A stretch of DNA of 57,293 nt from the NCBI GenBank assembly GCA_043802665.1, contig JAZDKW010000002.1, forward strand, positions 1 to 57,293, in the 5' to 3' direction. Positions within the stretch are counted from its first letter, which is position 1, and each line of letters opens with the position of its first letter. Under the pieces are notes generated by a model. It ran no database searches and was not told the DNA's origin. It was given only the letters and a program-made list of their open reading frames with translations. The translations under genes were made by a program, and so were the position numbers. The stretch is from Patescibacteria group bacterium. GTDB taxonomy: Bacteria; Patescibacteriota; Kazan-3B-28; UBA10110. Of this stretch, positions 1 through 8,035 are shown one piece after another.

Positions 1-330
1 TCCCAAATTCAGTTGCCAAAAACTAAAATTGCCCTTTCTGGATTTAACCGCAAACTCCTCCTCGTTCTACTCGTCGTCAGACATGCTCATCCATACCGGG
101 CAATTTTACTATTAGCAATCTGAATTTGCTCAATGGGGTAGAGGACAAAACCACCCAAACTCTGATGGCGGGTTGGGGGAAAACGCTCGAGTTCCAGTGG
201 CTGGCCTAAGGCGTCATTCTGGAGAAGCCGATGGGCATCGGATGACTCCAGAATCGTATAACCAGAAAATCAGGGCTGGGAGCGGAAAACTCTTGACTGG
301 GAGCGGATTTTGTGATATGTTAAAAATATT
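1..330 (+). repeat. Partial copy A of a composite intergenic module (long-range inverted repeats, degenerate CTCCAATG-type tandem units about 129-215, REP-like hairpin 213-256), cut by the window start
   Basis: Inverted arms CTAAAATTGCCC / GGGCAATTTTAC and CAAATTCAGTTGCC / GCAATCTGAATTTG. Units GCTCAATGGGG, CTCTGATGGCGGGTTGGGG and TTCCAGTGGCTGG resemble those at 19207-19320, 47350-47590 and 53058-53165. Confidence 0.6.
293..321 (+). promoter_or_regulatory. sigma70-like promoter of the DGR target gene (TTGACT-17 nt-TATGTT with TGn extended -10)
   Basis: TTGACTGGGAGCGGATTTTGTGATATGTT is nearly identical to the promoter at 53265-53293 (TTGGATGGGAGCGAGTTTTGTAGTATATT). Confidence 0.6.
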
Positions 331-397
331 GAGGCGTTAAATACCCTGTGCCTTAAAATCTAATTGAAAGAGGAATACGGATGCCTAAGGAACATCC

Positions 398-1168
398 GTG
401 ATCTTCATCATGAACTCATTATTTGTAGTGGCGGAAGCTATCCGCCGGTTAGTAACCTTGGCAGGCGAAAATCTGGAGATGGTGCTTCGCTGTTTCCAGC
501 GGGTCATCGACGATCCGGTCTATCGCCGTCAGGTTTGGCTGGCCATGACCGGCAAGCTGATTGTGAACGAGATGTCCAAGGACGAATGGATCGAGCGAGA
601 AACCAATGCCATGATCCAGCTCGGCCTGATGGATGCTGTTGTCGAAGAAAATGATGCTCTGCGCATCAAACAGATGGCCACCAAAGGTCAGTTCGGAATT
701 AATCACTACTTTATCCCGTCTGGCCTCACCCGTTCTCGACTTCTCGAACTTGCTGCCAAAGTCGGCATCAAGCTCAACTCCTCTCCGAATTGCGATGGCG
801 ACGAGATTCCCACCGAGGCAGGTATGCTCGAATGCGATTTGAGCACCATTATGCAGTCCACCGACAGTGCCCACCGGCCCTTCAACCTGGATTACAACGG
901 TCATCTGGCCTGGGCCAAGGAGCAAGGTGGAAGCGACCTGACCTCTGCTGAAGAGATGCTGTATCTCCTGATCCGGCATTCCATGGCATTCGGCCGCATC
1001 CTCTTTATGGGAGGATGGATCCGCTGTCGCAATCGTCGCGGTTCCGGCTTCCGGTTGCTTGTCAGCTTCGATGCCGGCGATGGTCTGCGCATCTCCTACG
1101 GCTTCGTTGGCTATTCCAGCTGGGGTTGGGGTGCCGTTCCCTGGAAGTTTACTCCCCTGGGAGCTTGA
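398..1168 (+). CDS. DGR target protein with C-terminal variable region; paralogue of 53354-53962
   Basis: 256-aa ORF. The start is uncertain: GTG 398 overlaps the stop of a 6-codon uORF (381-401) as GTGA, and ATG 410 is the alternative. The last 39 codons are the VR. It shares HYFIPSGL, LECDLSxIM, LxWAKxQGG, LTSAEE, YLLIR and WIRCRN blocks with 53354-53962. Confidence 0.85.
   Translation: MIFIMNSLFVVAEAIRRLVTLAGENLEMVLRCFQRVIDDPVYRRQVWLAMTGKLIVNEMSKDEWIERETNAMIQLGLMDAVVEENDALRIKQMATKGQFGINHYFIPSGLTRSRLLELAAKVGIKLNSSPNCDGDEIPTEAGMLECDLSTIMQSTDSAHRPFNLDYNGHLAWAKEQGGSDLTSAEEMLYLLIRHSMAFGRILFMGGWIRCRNRRGSGFRLLVSFDAGDGLRISYGFVGYSSWGWGAVPWKFTPLGA
1032..1149 (+). repeat. DGR variable region (VR)
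   Basis: 118 nt aligns without gaps to 1461-1578 (VR = TR minus 429). There are 23 mismatches, and 21 are at TR adenines. The 3' 22 nt (GGGGTGCCGTTCCCTGGAAGTT) are identical in both. Confidence 0.9.
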
Positions 1169-1201
1169 GCCCTTTTTCCTCTTTGATCTTTTGCCTTTTT
1201 T

Positions 1202-1230
1202 AGAGCCCGTCTCCGTTGGAGACGGGCTCT
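1202..1230 (+). promoter_or_regulatory. GC-rich hairpin downstream of the VR (candidate DGR target-recognition hairpin and/or terminator)
   Basis: AGAGCCCGTCTCC-GTT-GGAGACGGGCTCT, with a stem of about 12 bp, lies 53 nt after the VR end. There is no strong T-run after it. Confidence 0.55.
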
Positions 1231-1460
1231 TGCTGTATAATGGCTTAGAAATGGTAGTGAGGCTGAATGATCCAATCATTCAGTCCATCGTTTCCTCTCT
1301 TCTGGACAGCCAGAGCTGATGGTAAGGGATTAAGTTATCGTCAGGAGAGCTAACCAGCGGAGAGAACTTCTTGCTTCTTTCTAAGTCGTGCTATTTGCAC
1401 AAATAAAATACAGCCAACAGACATTTTCTGTGGCAGTGGGATGGATAAGAAGGAAGCTAT

Positions 1461-1578
1461 ATCGTCGCGGTTCCAGCAACTGGTTGAATGTCAACTTCAA
1501 TGCCGACAATGGTCTGAACGTCAACTACGACAACGATGGCAATTCCAACTGGAATTGGGGTGCCGTTCCCTGGAAGTT
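1461..1578 (+). repeat. DGR template repeat (TR)
   Basis: Non-coding copy of the VR, rich in AAY codons. In the VR frame it reads SSNWLNVNFNADNGLNVNYDNDGNSNWNWGAVPWKF. The surrounding 87-aa ORF (1388-1651) has no independent support. Confidence 0.9.
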
Positions 1579-1585
1579 CTCTCGG

Positions 1586-1924
1586 CTAGTTTTTTGTCGA
1601 TCGGACCCAACCTCCCAGCATTTTTCCTATTTCGTGCAATTCAAACTCTAATTTGATGTAGCGCTTGTCACTTAAACTGTTGGTGTCAGATGCCAGCCGA
1701 ATTAATAGCTTAATGACTTCGAGCTTACCGTGTGCCAATCCGAGATAATGATATTTCTTGATTGTATCTGAAGTTTGACTGGCTATAATGATGTTCTCGA
1801 TTAAATCTAGAGTGCTGGTTTGTATAATCTGGCCTAAGCTGTATCGTTCAATTTTAGGGAATTTTAACAAGCAATCATGCAAATTATGGTAGAAGTCATA
1901 CAATCGCTGAACGATTGGGATCAA
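1586..1924 (-). CDS. avd: Avd-like accessory variability determinant (four-helix-bundle, 23S rRNA IVS-protein family)
   Basis: 112 aa with family-typical FPKIERYSLGQIIQTSTLDLIENI and LGLAHGKLEVIKLLIRLA...EIGKMLGGWV segments. It starts at TTG and lies on the opposite strand to the TR and RT. Confidence 0.8.
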   Translation of the reverse strand: MIPIVQRLYDFYHNLHDCLLKFPKIERYSLGQIIQTSTLDLIENIIIASQTSDTIKKYHYLGLAHGKLEVIKLLIRLASDTNSLSDKRYIKLEFELHEIGKMLGGWVRSTKN

Positions 1925-2979
1925 CTCAAAATTTCGTTGGGGGGGGGGGTCTTAAAAGAAGAGTTTTTGATCATGTTAGTTTTAGTGAAGTAATATCTCT
2001 GGAAAATCTGTTCTTGGCTTGGCAGGAGTTTAGGAAAGGCAAACGGAGTAAGTTAGATGTTATGACATTTGAATATACTCTGGAAGACAACATCTTTCAA
2101 CTACATCACGATTTAGTCACGGGTGCTTACCGGCATGGGAATTATCAACAGTTTAAAATTACTGATCCAAAAGTAAGGTTGATTAGCAAATCAGGCATCC
2201 GCGATCGCCTGCTCCACCACGCAATTTATCGGGTGCTCTATCCGTGTTTCGACAAAACTTTTATCTATGATAGTTATTCTTGCCGAAACCGCAAAGGCAC
2301 TCATAAATCTTTTATTCAGCTACAGAAATTTGTCAGAAAGATAAGTAAAAATTATACTCAACCCTGTTTTGCTCTAAAGTCGGATATCCGTAAATTCTTT
2401 GACAGCATTGACCATAAGATATTGATGGATTTATTAAAAGAGCGAATCAATGACGAGCAGTTGTTAGATTTGCTTCAGAATATTATTAACAGTTTTGAAC
2501 ACTCACCCAGTAGAGGTATACCATTAGGGAATCTCACCTCGCAACTGTTTGCTAATGTCTATTTAGATCCTTTGGATAAGTTTGCGAAACATTATTTAAA
2601 AGCTAAACATTATCTCCGTTATGCCGATGATTTTATGTTCCTAAGTTCAGATCGAAATGAGTTAATAGGGTATTTGTTAGAGGTTAATCAATTTATCAAA
2701 ACTCAGCTCAAACTTAACATCCATCCTAATAAGATACATCTGAGGAAGTTTAACTGGGGGATTGATTATGTCGGTTATGTGGCCTTACCGCACTACTCAA
2801 TTCCCAGACGGAAAACAGCCCAAAGGATATTTAAGAAAATCAGACAGCTCTTGAAGAAAGGTGAGTTAGATAAATTAGCTAAAGCCATACCCTCATACCT
2901 TGGCTATCTTGGCCACGCCAATGCCTATAAACTTCAGAATGATTTGCTAAAAAGTTGTAGGGTAGGTAAGATTCCTTAA
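1915..2979 (+). CDS. DGR-type reverse transcriptase
   Basis: 354 aa with GIPLGNLTSQLFANVYL (the DGR hallmark [ILV]GxxxSQ) and RYADDFMF (YxDD). The only in-frame start is TTG 1915. An 11-G run at 1939-1949 lies in codons 9-12. Confidence 0.9.
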   Translation: MGSTQNFVGGGGLKRRVFDHVSFSEVISLENLFLAWQEFRKGKRSKLDVMTFEYTLEDNIFQLHHDLVTGAYRHGNYQQFKITDPKVRLISKSGIRDRLLHHAIYRVLYPCFDKTFIYDSYSCRNRKGTHKSFIQLQKFVRKISKNYTQPCFALKSDIRKFFDSIDHKILMDLLKERINDEQLLDLLQNIINSFEHSPSRGIPLGNLTSQLFANVYLDPLDKFAKHYLKAKHYLRYADDFMFLSSDRNELIGYLLEVNQFIKTQLKLNIHPNKIHLRKFNWGIDYVGYVALPHYSIPRRKTAQRIFKKIRQLLKKGELDKLAKAIPSYLGYLGHANAYKLQNDLLKSCRVGKIP

Positions 2980-3926
2980 CCTTTTACTTTTTTGTATTTG
3001 TTGTGAAAATTACGGTGTACTTCTTTGAGTTGGGGGTTGGTGATGTGGGTGTAGATTTGGGTAGTGGTGATAGAAGAATGTCCTAACATCTCTTGAACGG
3101 AGCGGATGTCAGCCCCATTAATTAGCAAGTCAGTTGCAAATGAATGCCTGAGGGTGTGCGGAGTGACTTTTTTTATGAGCCCAGCTAAAGTCGCATATTT
3201 TTGGACGATGCGCTGGATACTACGGGGGGTCAAGGATTCATGCGGGATAGCACCGGCATGAGAAATAAAAGCAGATTCAGCATTATCGGTTCGGCGTTTA
3301 AAATAGGTTTGCACCAATTGAGCGGCTTCCTTAGACAAAAATACTATCCGAGGTTTATCGCCTTTTCCCCGAACCATAAATTCTCCACGCTTAAGATCAA
3401 TGTGTTTGCGCTTTAGGTTAGTCAATTCGGAAACGCGGAGACCAGTAGAGAACAACACGGTTAAAATAGTCAGGTCGCGAAGTGACTCCAATTTATCATC
3501 TCGGGGGACGGCGGCGAAAATACTGCTGAGCTCATCTAACCCAAGAAAATCAATATGTCTTTCGGTAGTTTTGCCCAATTCAATTTTTTCGGCGGGCAAA
3601 GATTTAATATCTTGTTTAGCTAAGAACTTCAAAAAAGCGCGCAAGGCGATAATGTGGTAATTTTGGGTAACGGCTTTAAGTGGGTGGCCTTGATGGTCTT
3701 TGGTCCGGTTAAGATGTAGGCGATATTTACGGATTAAGGGGAGGGTGATGCGAGAAGGAGAAAGCTCGTGAGATTCTTCCGAAGCCGCAAATTCGGCAAA
3801 TCGACTAAGATAATGAGCGTAATTCTCGATAGTTTTAGGACTCCGATTTTTTTCAATCTCTAAGTGATCAAGAAAATCATCGATAAGTACGCTAAGGCTG
3901 CTCATAGTTATATTGTGCGACATCAA
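2976..3926 (-). CDS. Tyrosine site-specific recombinase, XerC/XerD family
   Basis: 316 aa with an N-terminal SAM-like domain and the C-terminal motif HTLRHSFATDLL...LGHSSITTTQIYTH. The 3' end overlaps the RT 3' end by 4 nt (convergent). Confidence 0.85.
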   Translation of the reverse strand: MMSHNITMSSLSVLIDDFLDHLEIEKNRSPKTIENYAHYLSRFAEFAASEESHELSPSRITLPLIRKYRLHLNRTKDHQGHPLKAVTQNYHIIALRAFLKFLAKQDIKSLPAEKIELGKTTERHIDFLGLDELSSIFAAVPRDDKLESLRDLTILTVLFSTGLRVSELTNLKRKHIDLKRGEFMVRGKGDKPRIVFLSKEAAQLVQTYFKRRTDNAESAFISHAGAIPHESLTPRSIQRIVQKYATLAGLIKKVTPHTLRHSFATDLLINGADIRSVQEMLGHSSITTTQIYTHITNPQLKEVHRNFHNKYKKVKG

Positions 3927-3980
3927 TTCGAGAGAAGCAACCCACCTCCAAATTTATGTATATAAAATGGCAAATTCTAA

Positions 3981-4010
3981 TAGTACACACGGTATATACC
4001 GTGTGTACTA
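3981..4010. promoter_or_regulatory. Perfect 30-bp palindrome (11-8-11), candidate dif-like Xer site or operator/terminator
   Basis: TAGTACACACG-GTATATAC-CGTGTGTACTA lies 55 nt upstream of the xer start codon. Confidence 0.4.
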
Positions 4011-4123
4011 TGGACGCTGATATTTTTTATAAATTTTTATCAGAAATTAGGGCAGTGGGATAGTGCCGAGATTAGATCAGAGCTCTATACTACAGATAAA
4101 TTTTCTGGAAAAAAAATCTTAGA

Positions 4124-5251
4124 TTAGCGGGGCAGATAATTGAGAGGGTTCAGTTGCTTGTTGTTTTGACGGATCTCAAAGTGAAGGTGGTACCCCGTTG
4201 AGCGCCCCGTAGTGCCCATAATACCGATCAACTGGCCTTGTTGGACATATTCTCCTGATTTAACCTTGAACTGGCTTAAGTGGGCATAATTAGTACTCCA
4301 GCCATTACCATGGTTGATGCTGATGAGATTGCCATAACCACCGTTGTAGCCAGTGTCAGTGTGTACTACTCCGGCGGCGCTGGCGTAGATACCCCATCCG
4401 TTCAGGCGGTTTAAGTCAACAGCCATATGCCCAAGACGGGGATTTTGGCTAATAAAGTGGGTAGGTGTTTCGGTGGGCCAGATAAATTTCCCGGAGTAAG
4501 ATACTGGGCTATAAGAGGGGACATTGATGTTACTGGCAGTGGGTGTGCTGGTTTGGGTTTTAGGAATGACGGCTCCGGGGATCAGTAGTTCCTGACCGGC
4601 AAAAATGGGATTGCCCGTAGTCAGGTCGTTATATTTTGCGATGTCATCAACCTTAACTTTATACCGGCTGGCGATGCTACTCAAAGTATCATTGCGCTTG
4701 ATGGTTACGAATAGCCCATCAATCGGCGGAATCCGCAATTCCTGCCCTACCTTGAGTGTGTCGCTGGTTAAATTATTGGCATATTTTATAGTCAGGACAG
4801 TCACGCCAAAATCGGAGGCCAAAGTGTTCAGGTTTTCGCCTGAGCGCACAGTGTATTGGATGGTGGCTTTTCGGGAGCTGCGGCTGATGATAGTTTCAGT
4901 TTGCCCAGTTTTGAAGAAATAGTCTCCACTGCTGTCCAGGGGAATAGTATATTCAGAGTTGTTAAATGATGGATTGCCCAATTCTTCTAAGTCGGCAGTG
5001 GAGGCCAATTGAGCGATTGTGCGATATCGCGCGCTGGTAGCCGTAGCTGCACCACCGATATCCTGAGCAGGATAGATTCTAAAACCCGAAATTATTACCA
5101 CGGCTGCTAAACCAACAATCCACCAGCGGGTATTATAAACTGCCAGATTGCGAGACATCCGTTGCCATTTAAAAGGGTTATGACGGCTACCAGAATTCCG
5201 ACTCAGTTTAATATTTCTGAGACCATGTTTGGAGTGACCGATTTGTCGCAA
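4124..5251 (-). CDS. LysM-repeat M23 family metallopeptidase (membrane anchored)
   Basis: One TM segment, two LysM-like repeats (YTVRSGENLNTLASDFGV and VTIKRNDTLSSIASRYKV) and the M23 signature GRSTGYHLHFEIR. Confidence 0.85.
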   Translation of the reverse strand: MRQIGHSKHGLRNIKLSRNSGSRHNPFKWQRMSRNLAVYNTRWWIVGLAAVVIISGFRIYPAQDIGGAATATSARYRTIAQLASTADLEELGNPSFNNSEYTIPLDSSGDYFFKTGQTETIISRSSRKATIQYTVRSGENLNTLASDFGVTVLTIKYANNLTSDTLKVGQELRIPPIDGLFVTIKRNDTLSSIASRYKVKVDDIAKYNDLTTGNPIFAGQELLIPGAVIPKTQTSTPTASNINVPSYSPVSYSGKFIWPTETPTHFISQNPRLGHMAVDLNRLNGWGIYASAAGVVHTDTGYNGGYGNLISINHGNGWSTNYAHLSQFKVKSGEYVQQGQLIGIMGTTGRSTGYHLHFEIRQNNKQLNPLNYLPR

Positions 5252-5485
5252 TAGTTCAGCAGTAGGAAGACTAATTTTTTTGCCCTTTCCGGAGCGGCGA
5301 CGAGACGAAAAAGGGAACTTAGATGAGGTGTTTATGATTTTCCTCGTGGTTTAATAGGCTGTAAAAGAAAGGTGTAAATTAACCTTTCTTAATAGTAGGC
5401 CCTATATATAAAAGCTGTTTTACAGATCCTCTATAACCGATGATTATATTATCAAGATAAAGAGGGTTTGTCAAGCTGGTAAGGG

Positions 5486-6499
5486 CTAATTTACCTGTAG
5501 GGAAGCCACTTTTTCCGTAAGGATGTTTTCTCCGCCAGCTGTCGTAACAACCAAAGAAAGTCGATAAATCCCAGGATAGTGAGGGGATGGGATTACTCCA
5601 CTAAAGACTCCGGAATTGTTGGTGTCGAAGAGAGGGTAAGGCCGACCATCAATCATTAGTTGGACAGCCTGAGTGTGAGAAGAGATGGGGACAAAAATCT
5701 GGAATGATTCACTAACTTTCACTGGGTTAGGGTTAATGCGCAAATTTGTTAAATCGATCTCCGGATTGGGAGTTCGGATATCTATGGTCACAGAAGCGCT
5801 GGCAGGACTGCGGATTCCATATTGGTTAACAACAACAGCAAATATTTTATGTTTTCCACTGCGGAGCGCTATTGTGTTGACAGAAAAATGGTTGTCTTTA
5901 ACTTCGGTAGTCGTGTTGAGCAGATCGTCTGCATATATTTCTATTTGGGTATTATCCGGGGCATCGCCCGATACAATCGGGGTTGCCGTAGTGAGGAGGG
6001 TATCAGTTAGGGGTGCTGTGATGGTAGCCTTGGCTGGTGGAGCAGGATCAAACACCTCAATGATGAGATTTTTAATCAAATATTTATAAGAGAATGCCAA
6101 GATAATTGTTTGGGGTTGGTCAGGGGCCTGCAACCAAAAACGCTGAGACACATCAGCTGGGGACATGGTAGCAGGATCTATAGTGGCTTGGCCACTCACA
6201 GTAGTAAGTTTAATATTGCTCCCGTCTAATAACTGCCCTTCAGTGTTTTTTAATTGGATATCAATGAAAATGGGGTCGGGGCTATCAGCAGCAATGTTAG
6301 TAGCTTGAGGAGTAATTTCCAACTGCACATGGGGGGTGGCCAGCGCCGCCCAATATTGGTATAAGGTAGTCAGACCGTCAGCATAAAGGAAGGATATGGT
6401 CCCCACAATTACTAATAATGCGGCAATTAGTAGAGATAGCCCGATTGATGTTTTGGGGGCATGTCGCGAAGTAGTTTTAGGGGTTGCCACTTTGGCCAT
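5486..6499 (-). CDS. Membrane-anchored hypothetical protein with Ig-like beta-rich ectodomain
   Basis: 337 aa with an N-terminal TM helix and repetitive beta-strand-like sequence. No catalytic motif was recognised. Confidence 0.6.
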   Translation of the reverse strand: MAKVATPKTTSRHAPKTSIGLSLLIAALLVIVGTISFLYADGLTTLYQYWAALATPHVQLEITPQATNIAADSPDPIFIDIQLKNTEGQLLDGSNIKLTTVSGQATIDPATMSPADVSQRFWLQAPDQPQTIILAFSYKYLIKNLIIEVFDPAPPAKATITAPLTDTLLTTATPIVSGDAPDNTQIEIYADDLLNTTTEVKDNHFSVNTIALRSGKHKIFAVVVNQYGIRSPASASVTIDIRTPNPEIDLTNLRINPNPVKVSESFQIFVPISSHTQAVQLMIDGRPYPLFDTNNSGVFSGVIPSPHYPGIYRLSLVVTTAGGENILTEKVASLQVN

Positions 6500-6613
6500 A
6501 GGAGCGATTAATTAAAAGCCTATCTCTATTGTGATAAGCAAGATATTTTTTTGTCAATTCATTTCTGTTATATTAAGGAAGTACTAAGGTCTTTAAAAAG
6601 AGTAAAGAGGAAA

Positions 6614-8017
6614 ATGGTTATTAGAAAGAAGGATCTAAAAACACGAGTGCGGGTAAGTAAGAGTTTGGCGATGGCCAAAGAGCCGGAAGTAACCGCTGTC
6701 GATACGGTGCATATTCTAAAGAAGCGTAGCCGGGTTGGCCGATTTGTAGGTATCGGTTTTGTAATAGCGGTTCTATTGTTATTGGGTTGGTTTGCTACTA
6801 AATTAGCTCTCAGTGGTTGGCAAGTATCCAAAGAATCTCTCTTAAAAGATTTATTTACTTTTGGTACCACGAGCTTGGTGGGAGAAACGCAAGGTCGGGT
6901 GAATATAGTGCTGTTGGGTATACCGGGTGAAGGAGATGATGGGCCAAATCTCACAGACACATTAATGGTTGCCAGTCTTTCAACTCAGCCAGATAAAAAT
7001 AGTTTTCTATTTTCTATCCCGCGGGATCTATACGTCCGGGTGCCGGGTTATGGCAACACTAAGATCAATGCGGTTTATGAAATTGGAAATAATCAGGAAA
7101 CGGGCGGAGGAGGGAAACTGACTTCTCAGATTGCAGGAGAAGTCTTAGGTTTGGATATTCCTTATTACGTAAAATTGGATTTTTCGGGGTTCAGCAAATT
7201 GATTGATGAGTTAGGTGGCGTAACTATAACGGTGGACAAAGATTTGTATGACGATAAGTACCCCAATAAGACTAAGGGTTATGAAATAGTTGATATCAAA
7301 GCCGGGACATACACTATGGATGGAGCTACAGCGTTAAAATATGCTCGTTCCAGGCAATCTACTTCTGATTTTGACCGAGCCTTGCGTCAGCAGAAGGTTT
7401 TGATCGCAGCTAAGGATAAAGCGATGCAGTTGAATTGGCTAAGTAATCCAGCCAAAGTTATTGCAACTATGGATATCCTGGCCGATCATTTCACAACTAA
7501 TATGAAATTGAGTGAGTTGAAACGGATGATTACTTTATTCAAGGATTGGGATGTCAATAAACTTGTGCATAAAGTCTTTGATGACTCGCCAGCCGGATTA
7601 CTCTATGGTACTCGGGTGGATGAGATTTATGTATTGCGTCCAGTAGGTGATGATCTAAAGGTGATCAGCGACTATGTCGCCAAAACTATTTCGAGTGAAA
7701 CTCCGGCAGAAGAGTTAAACCAACCGGTTAATGCAGAGCCACTAAAAGTAGAAGTTTTGAATGGCACTAATATCACTGGTTTGGCTCGGAAGATTGCTAC
7801 CCAGTTGGAAAAAGATAGTTACATAATAGTCAGTGTGGGCAATAATGCGGTTAAAGGATTCACGCGTACGATAGTCTACGATCTTAGTGGAGGTCAAAGA
7901 ATTTGGGAAGTACGCAAATTGGCAGAGAGTCTAAAAGCAGATATTGGGACGGATAAGATAGAAACTACCACGGGAGCATTGGCCAGAATAGTGTTGGGGA
8001 GCGAGGCGTCTAATTAG
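6614..8017 (+). CDS. LytR-CpsA-Psr (LCP) family protein with LytR_C-like C-terminal domain
   Basis: NIVLLGIPGEGDDGPNLTDTLMVASL...IPRDLYV...NTKINAVY. ATG 6614 is preceded by AAGAGG. The ORF track extends upstream to 6551. Confidence 0.8.
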   Translation: MVIRKKDLKTRVRVSKSLAMAKEPEVTAVDTVHILKKRSRVGRFVGIGFVIAVLLLLGWFATKLALSGWQVSKESLLKDLFTFGTTSLVGETQGRVNIVLLGIPGEGDDGPNLTDTLMVASLSTQPDKNSFLFSIPRDLYVRVPGYGNTKINAVYEIGNNQETGGGGKLTSQIAGEVLGLDIPYYVKLDFSGFSKLIDELGGVTITVDKDLYDDKYPNKTKGYEIVDIKAGTYTMDGATALKYARSRQSTSDFDRALRQQKVLIAAKDKAMQLNWLSNPAKVIATMDILADHFTTNMKLSELKRMITLFKDWDVNKLVHKVFDDSPAGLLYGTRVDEIYVLRPVGDDLKVISDYVAKTISSETPAEELNQPVNAEPLKVEVLNGTNITGLARKIATQLEKDSYIIVSVGNNAVKGFTRTIVYDLSGGQRIWEVRKLAESLKADIGTDKIETTTGALARIVLGSEASN

Positions 8018-8035
8018 TATTAGCAAAGAACAAAG

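Larger units (their letters stand above)
398..2979 (+). mobile_element. Diversity-generating retroelement (target gene with VR, TR, avd, reverse transcriptase)
   Basis: VR/TR pair with adenine-specific mismatches, plus an Avd-like ORF and a DGR-type RT, all within 2.6 kb. Confidence 0.9.

Noticed and set aside
449-1279. 276-aa antisense ORF over the DGR target gene, and similar antisense or overlapping ORFs (for example 36548-37132, 52391-52858, 9567-10064, 6568-6960)
   Set aside because: They lie opposite genes with clear homology or motifs, have low-complexity or biased composition, and lack start signals.
1388-1651. 87-aa ORF as a protein-coding gene
   Set aside because: It is the reading frame of the DGR template repeat, an Asn-rich copy of the target C-terminus. 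It has no SD, and its 5' part is unrelated sequence.
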